DNA from: Hormiphora californensis
Lineage: Eukaryota > Animalia > Ctenophora
Direction: 5' to 3'
NCBI GenBank assembly: GCA_020137815.1
Contig: CM035354.1
Location: 4,588,001-4,652,000 of the forward strand
DNA: 64,000 nucleotides
The position numbers were made by a program, and so were the translations under genes. The notes beneath the pieces are model-generated. The model had not been told where the DNA came from and ran no database searches. It saw only the letters and a list, made by a program, of their open reading frames with translations. Below are positions 20,401-32,100 of the stretch, piece by piece. Numbering within the stretch: position 1 is the stretch's first letter; each line of letters opens with the position of its first letter.

Positions 20401-22338
20401 CATGAAGTTATTGACGCGACGTCACGATGTTACAAACGTCACATTGATGACGGAAAATCATCAGGATTATCTAGATGAAGATTTGCCTGCGAAGCAGGCA
20501 AGCCCCGTAGGGCGCGCGAACATGGGGGGCGCGACGTGCCCAAGATGAAGATGCTGACCAAGTTTGAGATCAATTGAATGATATTTGATCCCGCTATGGC
20601 GAAAAACAGCTTTCTGTTTTCACACTTTCGGCACAATTTTTTATATATTTTTATATATTTTTTATATATTTTTATATATTTTTATATATTCATATGTATT
20701 TTTATATAGGGTAAACCGGGGCAATTCGAACAACTGGGGCAATTCGAACATAGTACTGCCCGTCTCTCACCTAGTTAAGCTATCATAATGACGTCATCCT
20801 ATCTCCAGAAGAAAACTGCTCGTTCGAGCCTGCCCGTTACCACTAAATAGGCTCTAGATCCGGTTTAAGTTGGTCAATTTCCGATTTGAAAAAACCAGCT
20901 GAAAGCTAATAATATCAGCTTTCAGATGGTATAAAAATTATTTAAATATTCGCATGTTTTCATTCCAAATTCTGGTCAATTAAGATTACCGGGGCAATTC
21001 GAACAACCGGGGCAATTCGAACATGGGCAATTTGGTTAACACACCGGGGCAATTTGGTTAACTCCCGGGCCAATGATGTGCAGTTCTTTGCACCACGTGA
21101 TCACGCGTGATACCGGGGTAATTCGAACAAGAACGACCAGCGTGTAGATTGCGTGTAGATTACATTGTTCGAATTGCCCCCACCTCTAACAACACCAGGC
21201 GGGAATCTTCTTCTGGTGTTGTGAGGACGTTCACGTGACTCCCACGTGACGAAATAAAGCACTCCTATTGGTGTTGTCCGAATTGCCCCGGTACCATTTT
21301 TTCCGACCAAAATTTTTAAATTAGTTATTTAGTTAAGTAAATGACGGTCCCTAGAGCTGAAATTTATCTTATTTGAAAGATAAAATAATGAACTTTAATC
21401 CTATATAATTTTTTTCATTGTATCTTTTTTTAAATGGGAGTGAGAACCGATTAAGTAAAAAGTTAACCATTTTGCCCCGGTTTACCCTATTTTTATATAT
21501 TTTATAAAAAAAGGTATATAAAATATATAAAAATATATAAAAAATGAGCGTTGCCCCCCCCCCCCCCCGGTCTCACCGTTTCCTGGGCAGTTGTTGTATC
21601 CATGGCGGTGCTGTTCAGGGGATCTATCACTGTCGCGGTGTCAGTGGATGTGTTACCAAGCAACTCTGTCTGGTTAACTGTTACCATGGTTACCTCAGCT
21701 GTCTGGTTGGTTGTCATGGTAACCACAGTATCAGCACCCTCCATAGTCTGGTTACCCTGCTGCTGGTCTTCCACAATTGTCTGGTTACCACTAGCCGAGA
21801 TGGCAACTGTCGGGTCACCAATCACTTCTGTCTGGTCACCAAACACTTCTGTCTGGTCACCAAACACTTCTGTGTCGTTGCCACTCGATTCTGCCGTAGC
21901 AACTGGATTCCCTGTGTAGAAACCAGTGTCATTTGTCCCGTCAGGGGTCGTGGAGGTGTCCTCGGTATAGGACCCATCTGTGTAATAGTCAGCGGGTGCT
22001 GGGAGGGTCAATCCTGTAAAGGGGGAGGGTATTAAACACTCGGGCAAACTGCTACCTCTCAAACACTACTTTGATAACAACTCTGTCAAACCGTGGCACA
22101 TACATATGGCCAGGATACATGGTGTGTAACAGGGAGTGACAAATGTTAGCACGGGGACGATCCAAAAAAACAACTCTCTTGAATAGCAGCAGGGGCACCA
22201 TTCGGCATTCTCTACTCATGCATGGTCCTGATAAAGGTTAGCACCCTGCAGCAGCGCAGTGTACTACACTGTGTAGCTGTAATTACCTGTCGCGAGAAGG
22301 ACAACCAGAACAATTGGTTTCAAGTTGCTCCTAGTCAT
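17480..22338 (-). CDS. Acidic Thr/Ser-rich single-pass type I membrane glycoprotein (~410 aa) with TGN38/furin-like sorting tail
   Basis: Phase-consistent exons 22338-22287, 22013-21577, 19432-19094, 18887-18732, 18124-17987, 17590-17480. Signal peptide MTRSNLKPIVLVVLLATGLT; many N-x-T sequons; TM ALAIMLAMAGGIFVMYALYVA; tail RRK..QYKNLLQDDLDSDSDEKLF. Confidence 0.8.
19831..19874. mobile_element. 28-bp micro-insertion with 8-bp TSD
   Basis: AGTAGAGA + CTGTCAGGCCAATGCAATGCTCTGACAA + AGTAGAGA. The insert is the reverse complement of the one at 28157-28179, with a 5-bp internal duplication and one terminal substitution. Confidence 0.7.
19925..21568. mobile_element. Non-autonomous DNA transposon with G-run termini and 8-bp TSD
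   Basis: (G)n-CCAACG..TTTTTTATATATT at the left end and AATATATAAAAAA..CGTTG-(C)n at the right end. GGTCTCAC is duplicated at 19917-19924 and 21569-21576. Internal (AAAATATATA)n arrays. Confidence 0.8.
20709..21487. mobile_element. MITE with TA TSD nested in the G-run element
   Basis: TIR GGGTAAACCGGGGCAA / TTGCCCCGGTTTACCC with TA on both sides. The motif GGGGCAATTCGAACA is repeated internally on both strands. Confidence 0.8.
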
Positions 22339-22411
22339 TGTGAGCTGTGGAGGGAAGAGAGGGGGAGTCGAGAAACAGTTCAAAAGATTCAACTAATAAA
22401 ACTATTGAATC

Positions 22412-22670
22412 AACTAGACCAAAAAACAAAGGAAATTTGTTTGGAACACCCGTGGCCTTTTTCGATACTTGACGCTGCGGGAAATGCACCCATAATCTGA
22501 GCTATACTACTAGGTATCGTTGTGCCATCTCTACAAGTTCTAAAATACGCACACTTTCTCTCACTCTTCCTCGCGTCTTGCTCTGACGAAGGGTGCATTT
22601 CCCGCAGCGTCAAGTATCGAAAAAGGCCACGGGTGTTCCAAACAAATTTCCTTTGTTTTTTGGTCTAGTT
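22412..22670. repeat. 80-bp perfect inverted repeat with ~100-bp spacer
   Basis: 22412-22491 (AACTAGACCAAAAAACAAAGG...GAAATGCACCC) is the reverse complement of 22591-22670. Confidence 0.9.
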
Positions 22671-22694
22671 TCTCAGGGTTTTTGTAAACAGGTA

Positions 22695-24101
22695 ACATAA
22701 ATATGCAAATAACGGCTAAACGGTGCGAGATACGACTTTTTGTCCGGGGTACGACCCCCCATAAATCGACTATTCTACGTCGAAATATGTCCATGAAAAC
22801 ATTCTAGGACCAGCTGAAGTGGAAATATTCAGAATATGCATTAAATCATGAATCAGTGCATAAATATGCAAATAACGGCTAAACGGTGCGAGATACGACT
22901 TTTTGTCCGGGGTACGACCCCCCATAAATCGACTATTCTACGTCGAAATATGTCCATGAAAACATTCTAGGACCAGCTGAAGTGGAAATATTCAGAATAT
23001 GCATTAAATCATGAATCAGTGCATAAATATGCATATAACGGCTAAACGGTGCGAGATACGACTTTTTGTCCGGGGGACGACCCCCCATAAATCGACTCTT
23101 CTACGTCGAAATATGTCCATGAAAACGTTCTAGGACCATTTGAAGTGGAAATATTCAGAATATGCATTAAATCATGAATCTGCACATAAATATGCAAATA
23201 ACGGCTAAACGGTGCGAGATACGACTTTTTGTCCGGGGGACGACCCCCCCCCCCCATAAATCGACTATTCTACGTCGAAATATGTCCATGAAAACATTCT
23301 AGGACCAGCTGAAGTGGAAATATTCAGAATATGCATTAAATCATGAATCAGTGCATAAATATGCATATAACGGCTAAACGGTGCGAAATACGACTTTTTG
23401 TCCGGGGGACGACCCCCCATAAATCGACTCTTCTGCGTCGAAATATGTCCATGAAAACGTTCTAGGACCATCTGAAGTGGAAATATTCAGAATATGCATT
23501 AAATCATGAATCAGTGCATAAATATGCATATAACGGCTAAACGGTGCGAGATACGACTTTTTGTCCGGGGTACGACCCCCCATAAATCGACTATTCTACG
23601 TCGAAATATGTCCATGAAAACATTCTAGGACCAGCTGAAGTGGAAATATTCAGAATATGCATTAAATCATGAATCAGTGCATAAATATGCAAATAACGGC
23701 TAAACGGTGCGAGATACGACTTTTTGTCCGGGGTACGACCCCCCATAAATCGACTATTCTACGTCGAAATATGTCCATGAAAACATTCTAGGACCAGCTG
23801 AAGTGGAAATATTCAGAATATGCATTAAATCATGAATCAGTGCATAAATATGTAGATAACGGCTAAACGGTGCGAGATACGACTTTTTGTCCGGGGGACG
23901 ACCCCCCATAAATCGACTCTTCTGCGTCGAAATATGTCCATGAAAACGTTCTAGGACCATCTGAAGTGGAAATATTCAGAATATGCATTAAATCATGAAT
24001 CTGCGCATAAATATGCAAATAACGGCTAAACGGTGCGAGATACGACTTTTTGTCCCGGGGACGACCCCCCATAAATTGACTCTTCTGCGTCGAAATATGT
24101 C
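22695..24101. repeat. 163-bp tandem repeat (~8.6 copies), MITE-derived
   Basis: GGCTAAACGGTGCG recurs at 22714, 22877, 23040, 23203, 23372, 23535, 23698, 23861 and 24024. A partial inverted copy lies at ~24215-24258. Confidence 0.95.
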
Positions 24102-24329
24102 CTTTGAAATGTCCTTACAACAACCAAAACCGAGATAATCATAAAATTATACATAAATTATGCATAATTAATGACTTCCCATGCTCAAATCAAAATTTTA
24201 CATAGCCTACGACATGTAGAATAGTCGATTTATGGGGGGTCTTCCCCGGGACAAAAAGCTCTAAATCCAGCCGTTTTTGCTCAGTTTGGTTTGTAAAAAG
24301 GTCGTGCGTATGTATGTATGTATGTATAC

Positions 24330-25342
24330 GGGGGGTTCCAACCTATTTTTTGTACGGTTTTGTACGGTTTTGTACGGACCATACATAAAAGTATCCGAAA
24401 TTCCTGTTTTTTTCCATACAAACAATACAAAAAAATACAAAAAAATACAAAAAAATAATGAAGGATGTGGGTGCCTGATAAAAGTATAAATAATACATAG
24501 CTGGGTTCCGTTTATGTTCATGTACCACCTATTATATACATGAACGTTTTTAGTTCCATTGTCATCCATTTTCCTGCTAAAAGTACATATGTACATACTA
24601 AAAAAGTGTGTAAAAGTACACGTTTTTGAAATTCTAAAAAAACAAAATCATTGATTCAGATTACCGTTACGATTACGAGAAAATTTTCTCAGTTGGAGAT
24701 CACTTTCTCGGTACTAATTTCGATTCGGGATAATTTTCTCGGTAAGAAATTGCGATTCGGGGAAATTTCTGGCTTAGAAAATACGATTCGAGAAAATTTT
24801 CTCGGTAAGAAATTGCGATTCGGGGAAATTTCTCGCTTAGAAAATACGATTCGAGAAAATTTTCTCGGTAAGAAATTGCGATTCGGGGAATTTCTCGCTT
24901 AGAAAATACGATTCGGGAAAATTTTCTTGGTAAGAAATTGCGATTCGGGGAAATTTCTCGCTTAGAAAATACGATTCGAGAAAATTTTCTCGGTAAGAAA
25001 TTGCGATTCGGGGAAATTTCTCGCTTAGAAAATACGATTCGAGAAAATTTTCTCGGTAAGAAATTGCGATTCGGGGAAATTTCTCTCGCGATTTTGGCAT
25101 GCTACATATGTAAAATATGTATATATTTTGTGCTAAATTGCGTGAAATAGCGTGGAAGAATGTTTTAAAACAGTAAAAGTTCGAACAATAATGGTAAATT
25201 ACCATATAAAACTGTTTTTATTTTTTTGTATTTTTTTGTATTTTTTTGTATTTTTTTGTATTTTTTTGTATTTTTTTGTTTGAGGAAACCCGTGTTTTTT
25301 TCCGTACAAACGTACACGAAATAGGTTGGAACCCCCCCCCCC
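24330..25342. mobile_element. Non-autonomous DNA transposon with G-run termini and 8-bp TSD
   Basis: TIR GGGGGGTTCCAACCTATTT / AAATAGGTTGGAACCCCCC. ATGTATAC occurs at 24322-24329 and 25343-25350. Subterminal (AAAAAATACA)n and (TTTTTTTGTA)n arrays. Confidence 0.82.
24720..25088. repeat. 63-bp tandem repeat (two related ~31-bp subunits), ~6 copies
   Basis: GCGATTCGGGGAA at 24752, 24815, 24878, 24940, 25003 and 25066. Confidence 0.93.
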
Positions 25343-26755
25343 ATGTATACAGAGCAAGCGTTTGGGACCCCCCTCGTAACTTTTGAACGAAACCATCGAT
25401 CCACTTGAAATTTTAAACACTATTAGATATCATTGAGGTAGCTTTACATACAAAATTTCAGCGTGCTAGCTTGTCGGGAACATGGTTAAATAGACGCTCG
25501 AAAAGGGCGAAAGTCACATCCGTATGGTATACTGCACTGGCCCCGAATCGGGCGAAATTAAATTTTCCGCGCCTGAGTTTATCCTTTCAGATTTGATCTT
25601 ATAATGTTCTAGGATGACCTTAGAAGGGGTGGGATGGTTTTTCATTGCTGGGGGCTTTGCCCCCAGACCCCCATTAGGCCACGGGGCACTTGCCAGTGCA
25701 GTGATAGTCATAGTGGCAACATTTGACAAATAACAAAAATTAAAGCAAGAGGTTTAGTTTAGTTTCAATTCCTCACGATTCACAATTAGTAGATGGTATT
25801 GCCGAAATGCAAACTGAACTAGGCATGCTACGTGTTATTTTGCAGGATACTTTATCAAGGTGGCGAATTCACGGCGATTGGAAGAGAAGAATTTGGAGGA
25901 TCTCTGAGCTATAATGGGTGCTGGGGAAGAGGGATCAGAGAGAAAGAGATTGGCTCGGAAAGGTATAATTGATATGAGACTGCTCTGGTATGTTTATAAT
26001 GTACGACGGGCTGTTGACACAAAGAGTTGTAACGGATGCTTTGAATTGCCGTACTTGTTGATTTGAGTGGCGGAGGTCACAATAGAGCACTCTACGGTGG
26101 GGGGCTGATTGGATAACTAGAGGAAGATTGTAGAGAGGCGACATAGCAGAAAGCTAAAAGCATTGGCCTTGAAATACTACAATCATTCCAAGTAGTTGAG
26201 AGGTAGAAATAACGACAATTCTAGAGGCACCGGTAGACTAGCATGACGAAATGAAGTTTAAGAAGGCAACTACCCACCCCCTCCCCATGGCTGCATTTTC
26301 TACCCCCTCCCAACTAGACTACTCCTGGCTACAATTTTCTACCCCATGAGATGGGATAGGATTAAGAGTAGTAAGGTACTTTCTGCCCAGCTGGTACCTA
26401 CTAAACAGCACGGTTATTTAGCTAGATCAAGTCTCAAGACGTGAGTTAGGTACCAACTGTGTACCAACAACTTGACGACTTGACGACCATGAACCGAACA
26501 GGATTACATAGTTTTACACTGTTTGATTCAAGTTAATGGTCGTCTGTTCGGAACAGGATTATGACACAGTTTGAAGGGAGTGATAAGAGACAAGAGTAAC
26601 TGATTTCTCTACAATCAACGAAAAAGCACGATAGGAGTAAAAAGATAATATCGGTCAAGGCTGATTTCTGGATTCTGATCCAATTCAATTTTCAAATGAG
26701 AACAAGCTCACACAACCCGCGACGACTTTGACGTAGTGAGATAGGAGTGGAGCGG

Positions 26756-26879
<124 letters not shown>

Positions 26880-27330
26880 ATGAAGGAGAGAACCCTAGCA
26901 TATATCACGTGATCATTTGCACGTTTTCTCATGTGATGGAGTTGCTGTGACGTCCTAAGAGGGAAAAGAAAATTGAAAGTGGGTATGGCACATTGGTACT
27001 CTCTTTAATTCTTTTCTCTCTCTCTCCAGTCTCTTACACAAGCACACACCCCTTGTTCAACAAACAAACACCTAGATACATCTTTACAAAACATGCATAG
27101 CCCCTTTGTACTCTAGTATCTGCTGCACCTCTTTATGCTGCAGTACACTGCTAGTGACATCACTGGACCCACAATGGAGTTTGCAACAATTAAAATGTGC
27201 CCCATACAATGGGTCTACCTCAGCATGTACTTTTACATTACGTTTTAGGATTATCTGGGACTTCCAAACACGTCGTGTCCTAATTCTATATTCGCATCGA
27301 GTAAAATTCACAAGTAACAGCAGCTGTCTT

Positions 27331-28369
27331 TAGTTAGGGAGAATTAGCCGAAATTAGTGGCAAAATTTTTAACAAGCTAATTCCTTCACTAAGTGACCCT
27401 AATGGGTCCTCTGAATCACCAAAAAAAAGTTCCAGCCGATCGGGCTTGCAGAAGGCCCTTATTTCCGGGTGGGCGCGGCACCTGTATTTTCAGCCTGAGG
27501 CAAAAACCATAAGTACCCTTAAAATAGGAGTAGAGATAAAATCGAGGGCACTAAAGTGATCAGCGACCTCGCATTAGTGGGGGTAGGTGCCGGAATTAAG
27601 TCTCTATCTCATCTGGTTAATTAGATAATTGGATAATTAGGTTTGCGCGTGTACCGTTTTTTGGCTATATGGCTATAGCCACTTAGAAATGGTATAGAGA
27701 CTTTTCATTGGTGCCATTTTGTTCAGAAGAAAATTTTAGAGAGGAGTTCTGGAAAAATTTAGGGCCTATCTCTTACCGTTTTGGCGTTATTAGCCGTTAA
27801 ACTAGGCCAATTAACTCAATTTTTGACATTTTCGCAAAATTTCGACTAATTTGGCCTAGTTTGACGGCTAATAACGCCAAAACGGTAAGAGATAGGCCCT
27901 AAATTTTTCCAGAACTCCTCTCTAAAATTTTCTTCTGAACAAAATGGCACCAATGAAAAGTCTCTATACCATTCCTAAGTGGCTATAGCCATATAGCCAA
28001 AAACGGTACACGCGCAAACCTAATTATCCAATTATCTAATTAACCAGATGAGATAGAGACTTAATTCCGGCACCTACCCCCACTAATGCGAGGTCGCTGA
28101 TCACTTTAGTGCCCTCGATTTTATCTCTACTCCTATTTTAAGGGTACTTATGGTTTCTGTCAGAGCATTGGCCTGACAGTATGGTTTTTGCCTCAGCCTG
28201 AAAATACAGGTGCCGCACCCACCCGGAAATAAGGGCCTTCTGCAAGCCCGATCGGCTGGAACTTTTTTTGGTGATTCAGAGGACCCATTAGGGTCACTTA
28301 GTGAAGGAATTAGCTTGTTAAAAAATTTGCCGATAATTTGCTGGTTTTTTAGCTAATTTTCCCTAACTA
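27331..28369. mobile_element. ~1-kb foldback (palindromic) MITE
   Basis: Arms ~27331-27812 and ~27848-28369 are near-perfect reverse complements (TAGTTAGGGA.AATTAGC / GCTAATT.TCCCTAACTA). It shares blocks (AAAATGGCACCAATGAAAAGTCTCTA, CCTAATTATCCAATTATCTAATTAAC) with the MITE segment in the 902-bp array. Confidence 0.88.
28149..28187. mobile_element. 23-bp hairpin micro-insertion with 8-bp TSD
   Basis: TATGGTTT + CTGTCAGAGCATTGGCCTGACAG + TATGGTTT. The other arm of the host palindrome (~27500-27515) shows the empty site. Confidence 0.85.
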
Positions 28370-28548
28370 CTTAGGGAGGATAGGTTTCCCCCCGTAGTAT
28401 ACCATGCATGGCCAATGGTCATTTCTTATGTCGGAGCCCCACTTCTTCGGGAAGTTCCTAACAAGATCTCATTTCATTTGGCAAAGCGAGGGCCTTTTTG
28501 TTGGAATCTCACAAAACCCAAGCTTGGGTATTCACTTGAGAATTCAAT

Positions 28549-28617
28549 TCAGGTATGACCTACGTGGAAAATCTCACAATACCGTATTGTGAGATTTTCC
28601 ACGTAGGTCATACCTGA
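28549..28617. repeat. Perfect 69-bp palindrome
   Basis: TCAGGTATGACCTACGTGGAAAATCTCACAATAC-C-GTATTGTGAGATTTTCCACGTAGGTCATACCTGA. Confidence 0.92.
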
Positions 28618-28724
28618 CTCCACCGGGCACTCCTGATATGAAATTTGGAGTCTCTATGATATCAGTGGTGGATCTATGACCGTAGGAAAACCAAATACAC
28701 AAGTGACTGGTATTGATGGTCATG

Positions 28725-29191
28725 ACTTACTTGACTTATGGCGGCCGGAGAGGTCGAGTAGTAATGAACGATCTCCAGTTATCCCGGTTGCACATAAGTT
28801 CAAGCATTTCGTTACTGTTATCACACACCCCGTCCAGGTCTTGTAATAGGACATCTGGGAAGGTTAGTAACGGGCGGCCACGCCGCGCCTGGCCATGAGC
28901 TGGTTTCCACATTAGTAGTTCATGTCCCACTAGGTCATCGTGTCTAGCAAGGTGCCCTGCCATTCTCAGTCTCTGGCTTCTAATCTTCTCAGTTACCCGA
29001 GGAATATCTTGGAAAACCACGGCATTTGACACTCTGTCCGCACACCTGATGTTCAGTGCTGCCCTCAACATCCTTGAGTAACACCCATCAATCTTCTTGC
29101 CTAGGCTCTTGGTTATAGTCCACGTTTCAGATCCGTAGAGAAAGATAGTCTCGACAGTGGATCTGAATAACCTCACCTTCATCTTCCGCAT
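28725..29191 (-). mobile_element. 3' fragment of an RTE-like non-LTR retrotransposon ORF
   Basis: KVRLFRSTVETIFLYGSETWT..IDGCYSRMLR..IRSQRLRMAGHLARH..RRGRP..NRDNWR is a typical post-RT C-terminus of RTE-group LINEs. A short TAAG-like tail follows the stop. Confidence 0.85.
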
Positions 29192-32100
29192 TTTTGCTCA
29201 CTTTGAGCACCTTTAAAGCCAAATGACGGCTAAACGGTTGAATATAGAGCTTAAAAGTCCGACGTCGACCCCCAATAACTTGGCTATTGCCTACAAAATG
29301 GCACCAATGAAAAGTCTCTAAACCATTCCTAAGTGGCTATAGCCATGTAACCTAAAAACGGTTATGCGCATACCTAATTATCCAATTATCTAATTAACGC
29401 GATGAGATAGGAACTTAATTTTGGTACCTACCCCCACTAATTCGAGGACGCTGATCACTCTAGTACCCTCGGTTTTTTCTCTACTCCATTCCAAAGATGG
29501 TTTTTACCGTATAACCATAAAACGGCTATGTGCGCATCTAATTATCCAATTATCTAATTAACCTGATAAGATAGAGACTTAATTCCAGCACCTACCCCCA
29601 CTAATGCGAGGACGCTACACACTTTAGTGCCCTTGATTTCTTTTCTACTTGTTTCCAAAGACGGTTTTTACCGTATATCGCATTCGTCCTAGCCTATATT
29701 TATGCAGGTGCAAAATAAACCCGGAAATGACCGATTTCTCCATCGCGGTACCCGCGGTAAATTTTTTTGGTGGTTGTAGAGACCCATTGGAGGGCCCTGG
29801 AAGTGGAATCGCTTTTAGATCAATTACTTCCTTTCGTCACGTTGCATTTCGTTTCACTTTTGCTTGTCTCAGACACCAAAAAGGGCTATTTTCATCAATA
29901 AAATGCAACTCAAATCTGTCTCTAGTTCTCATTTCCATCACACATGACCTCCCAGTTACCACTGCAAACTGTCTCTCGAGCCTTGCCTGGTCTCATTACT
30001 AAATTACAGCTACATTATTGTCCACGTTTCAGATCCGTAGAGAAAGATAGTCTCGACAGTGGATCTGAATAACCTCACCTTCATCTTCCGCATTTTTGCT
30101 CACTTTGAGCACCTTTAAAGCCAAATGACGGCTAAACGGTTGAATATAGAGCTTAAAAGTCCGACGTCGACCCCCAATAACTTGGCTATTGCCTACAAAA
30201 TGGCACCAATGAAAAGTCTCTAAACCATTCCTAAGTGGCTATAGCCATGTAACCTAAAAACGGTTATGCGCATACCTAATTATCCAATTATCTAATTAAC
30301 GCGATGAGATAGGAACTTAATTTTGGTACCTACCCCCACTAATTCGAGGACGCTGATCACTCTAGTACCCTCGGTTTTTTCTCTACTCCATTCCAAAGAT
30401 GGTTTTTACCGTATAACCATAAAACGGCTATGTGCGCATCTAATTATCCAATTATCTAATTAACCTGATAAGATAGAGACTTAATTCCAGCACCTACCCC
30501 CACTAATGCGAGGACGCTACACACTTTAGTGCCCTTGATTTCTTTTCTACTTGTTTCCAAAGACGGTTTTTACCGTATATCGCATTCGTCCTAGCCTATA
30601 TTTATGCAGGTGCAAAATAAACCCGGAAATGACCGATTTCTCCATCGCGGTACCCGCGGTAAATTTTTTTGGTGGTTGTAGAGACCCATTGGAGGGCCCT
30701 GGAAGTGGAATCGCTTTTAGATCAATTACTTCCTTTCGTCACGTTGCATTTCGTTTCACTTTTGCTTGTCTCAGACACCAAAAAGGGCTATTTTCATCAA
30801 TAAAATGCAACTCAAATCTGTCTCTAGTTCTCATTTCCATCACACATGACCTCCCAGTTACCACTGCAAACTGTCTCTCGAGCCTTGCCTGGTCTCATTA
30901 CTAAATTACAGCTACATTATTGTCCACGTTTCAGATCCGTAGAGAAAGATAGTCTCGACAGTGGATCTGAATAACCTCACCTTCATCTTCCGCATTTTTG
31001 CTCACTTTGAGCACCTTTAAAGCCAAATGACGGCTAAACGGTTGAATATAGAGCTTAAAAGTCCGACGTCGACCCCCAATAACTTGGCTATTGCCTACAA
31101 AATGGCACCAATGAAAAGTCTCTAAACCATTCCTAAGTGGCTATAGCCATGTAACCTAAAAACGGTTATGCGCATACCTAATTATCCAATTATCTAATTA
31201 ACGCGATGAGATAGGAACTTAATTTTGGTACCTACCCCCACTAATTCGAGGACGCTGATCACTCTAGTACCCTCGGTTTTTTCTCTACTCCATTCCAAAG
31301 ATGGTTTTTACCGTATAACCATAAAACGGCTATGTGCGCATCTAATTATCCAATTATCTAATTAACCTGATAAGATAGAGACTTAATTCCAGCACCTACC
31401 CCCACTAATGCGAGGACGCTACACACTTTAGTGCCCTTGATTTCTTTTCTACTTGTTTCCAAAGACGGTTTTTACCGTATATCGCATTCGTCCTAGCCTA
31501 TATTTATGCAGGTGCAAAATAAACCCGGAAATGACCGATTTCTCCATCGCGGTACCCGCGGTAAATTTTTTTGGTGGTTGTAGAGACCCATTGGAGGGCC
31601 CTGGAAGTGGAATCGCTTTTAGATCAATTACTTCCTTTCGTCACGTTGCATTTCGTTTCACTTTTGCTTGTCTCAGACACCAAAAAGGGCTATTTTCATC
31701 AATAAAATGCAACTCAAATCTGTCTCTAGTCGCTCTTAGTTCTATTCCATCACACATGACCTCCCAGTTACCACTGCAAACTGTCTCTCGAGCCTTGCCT
31801 GGTCTCATTACTAAATTACAGCTACATTATTGTCCACGTTTCAGATCCGTAGAGAAAGATAGTCTCGACAGTGGATCTGAATAACCTCACCTTCATCTTC
31901 CGCATTTTTGCTCACTTTGAGCACCTTTAAAGCCAAATGACGGCTAAACGGTTGAATATAGAGCTTAAAAGTCCGACGTCGACCCCCAATAACTTGGCTA
32001 TTGCCTACAAAATGGCACCAATGAAAAGTCTCTAAACCATTCCTAAGTGGCTATAGCCATGTAACCTAAAAACGGTTATGCGCATACCTAATTATCCAAT

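Noticed and set aside
22695-25088. CRISPR-like arrays (163-bp and 63-bp periodicities)
   Set aside because: There are no unique spacers, whole units repeat, the context is eukaryotic and no cas genes are present.
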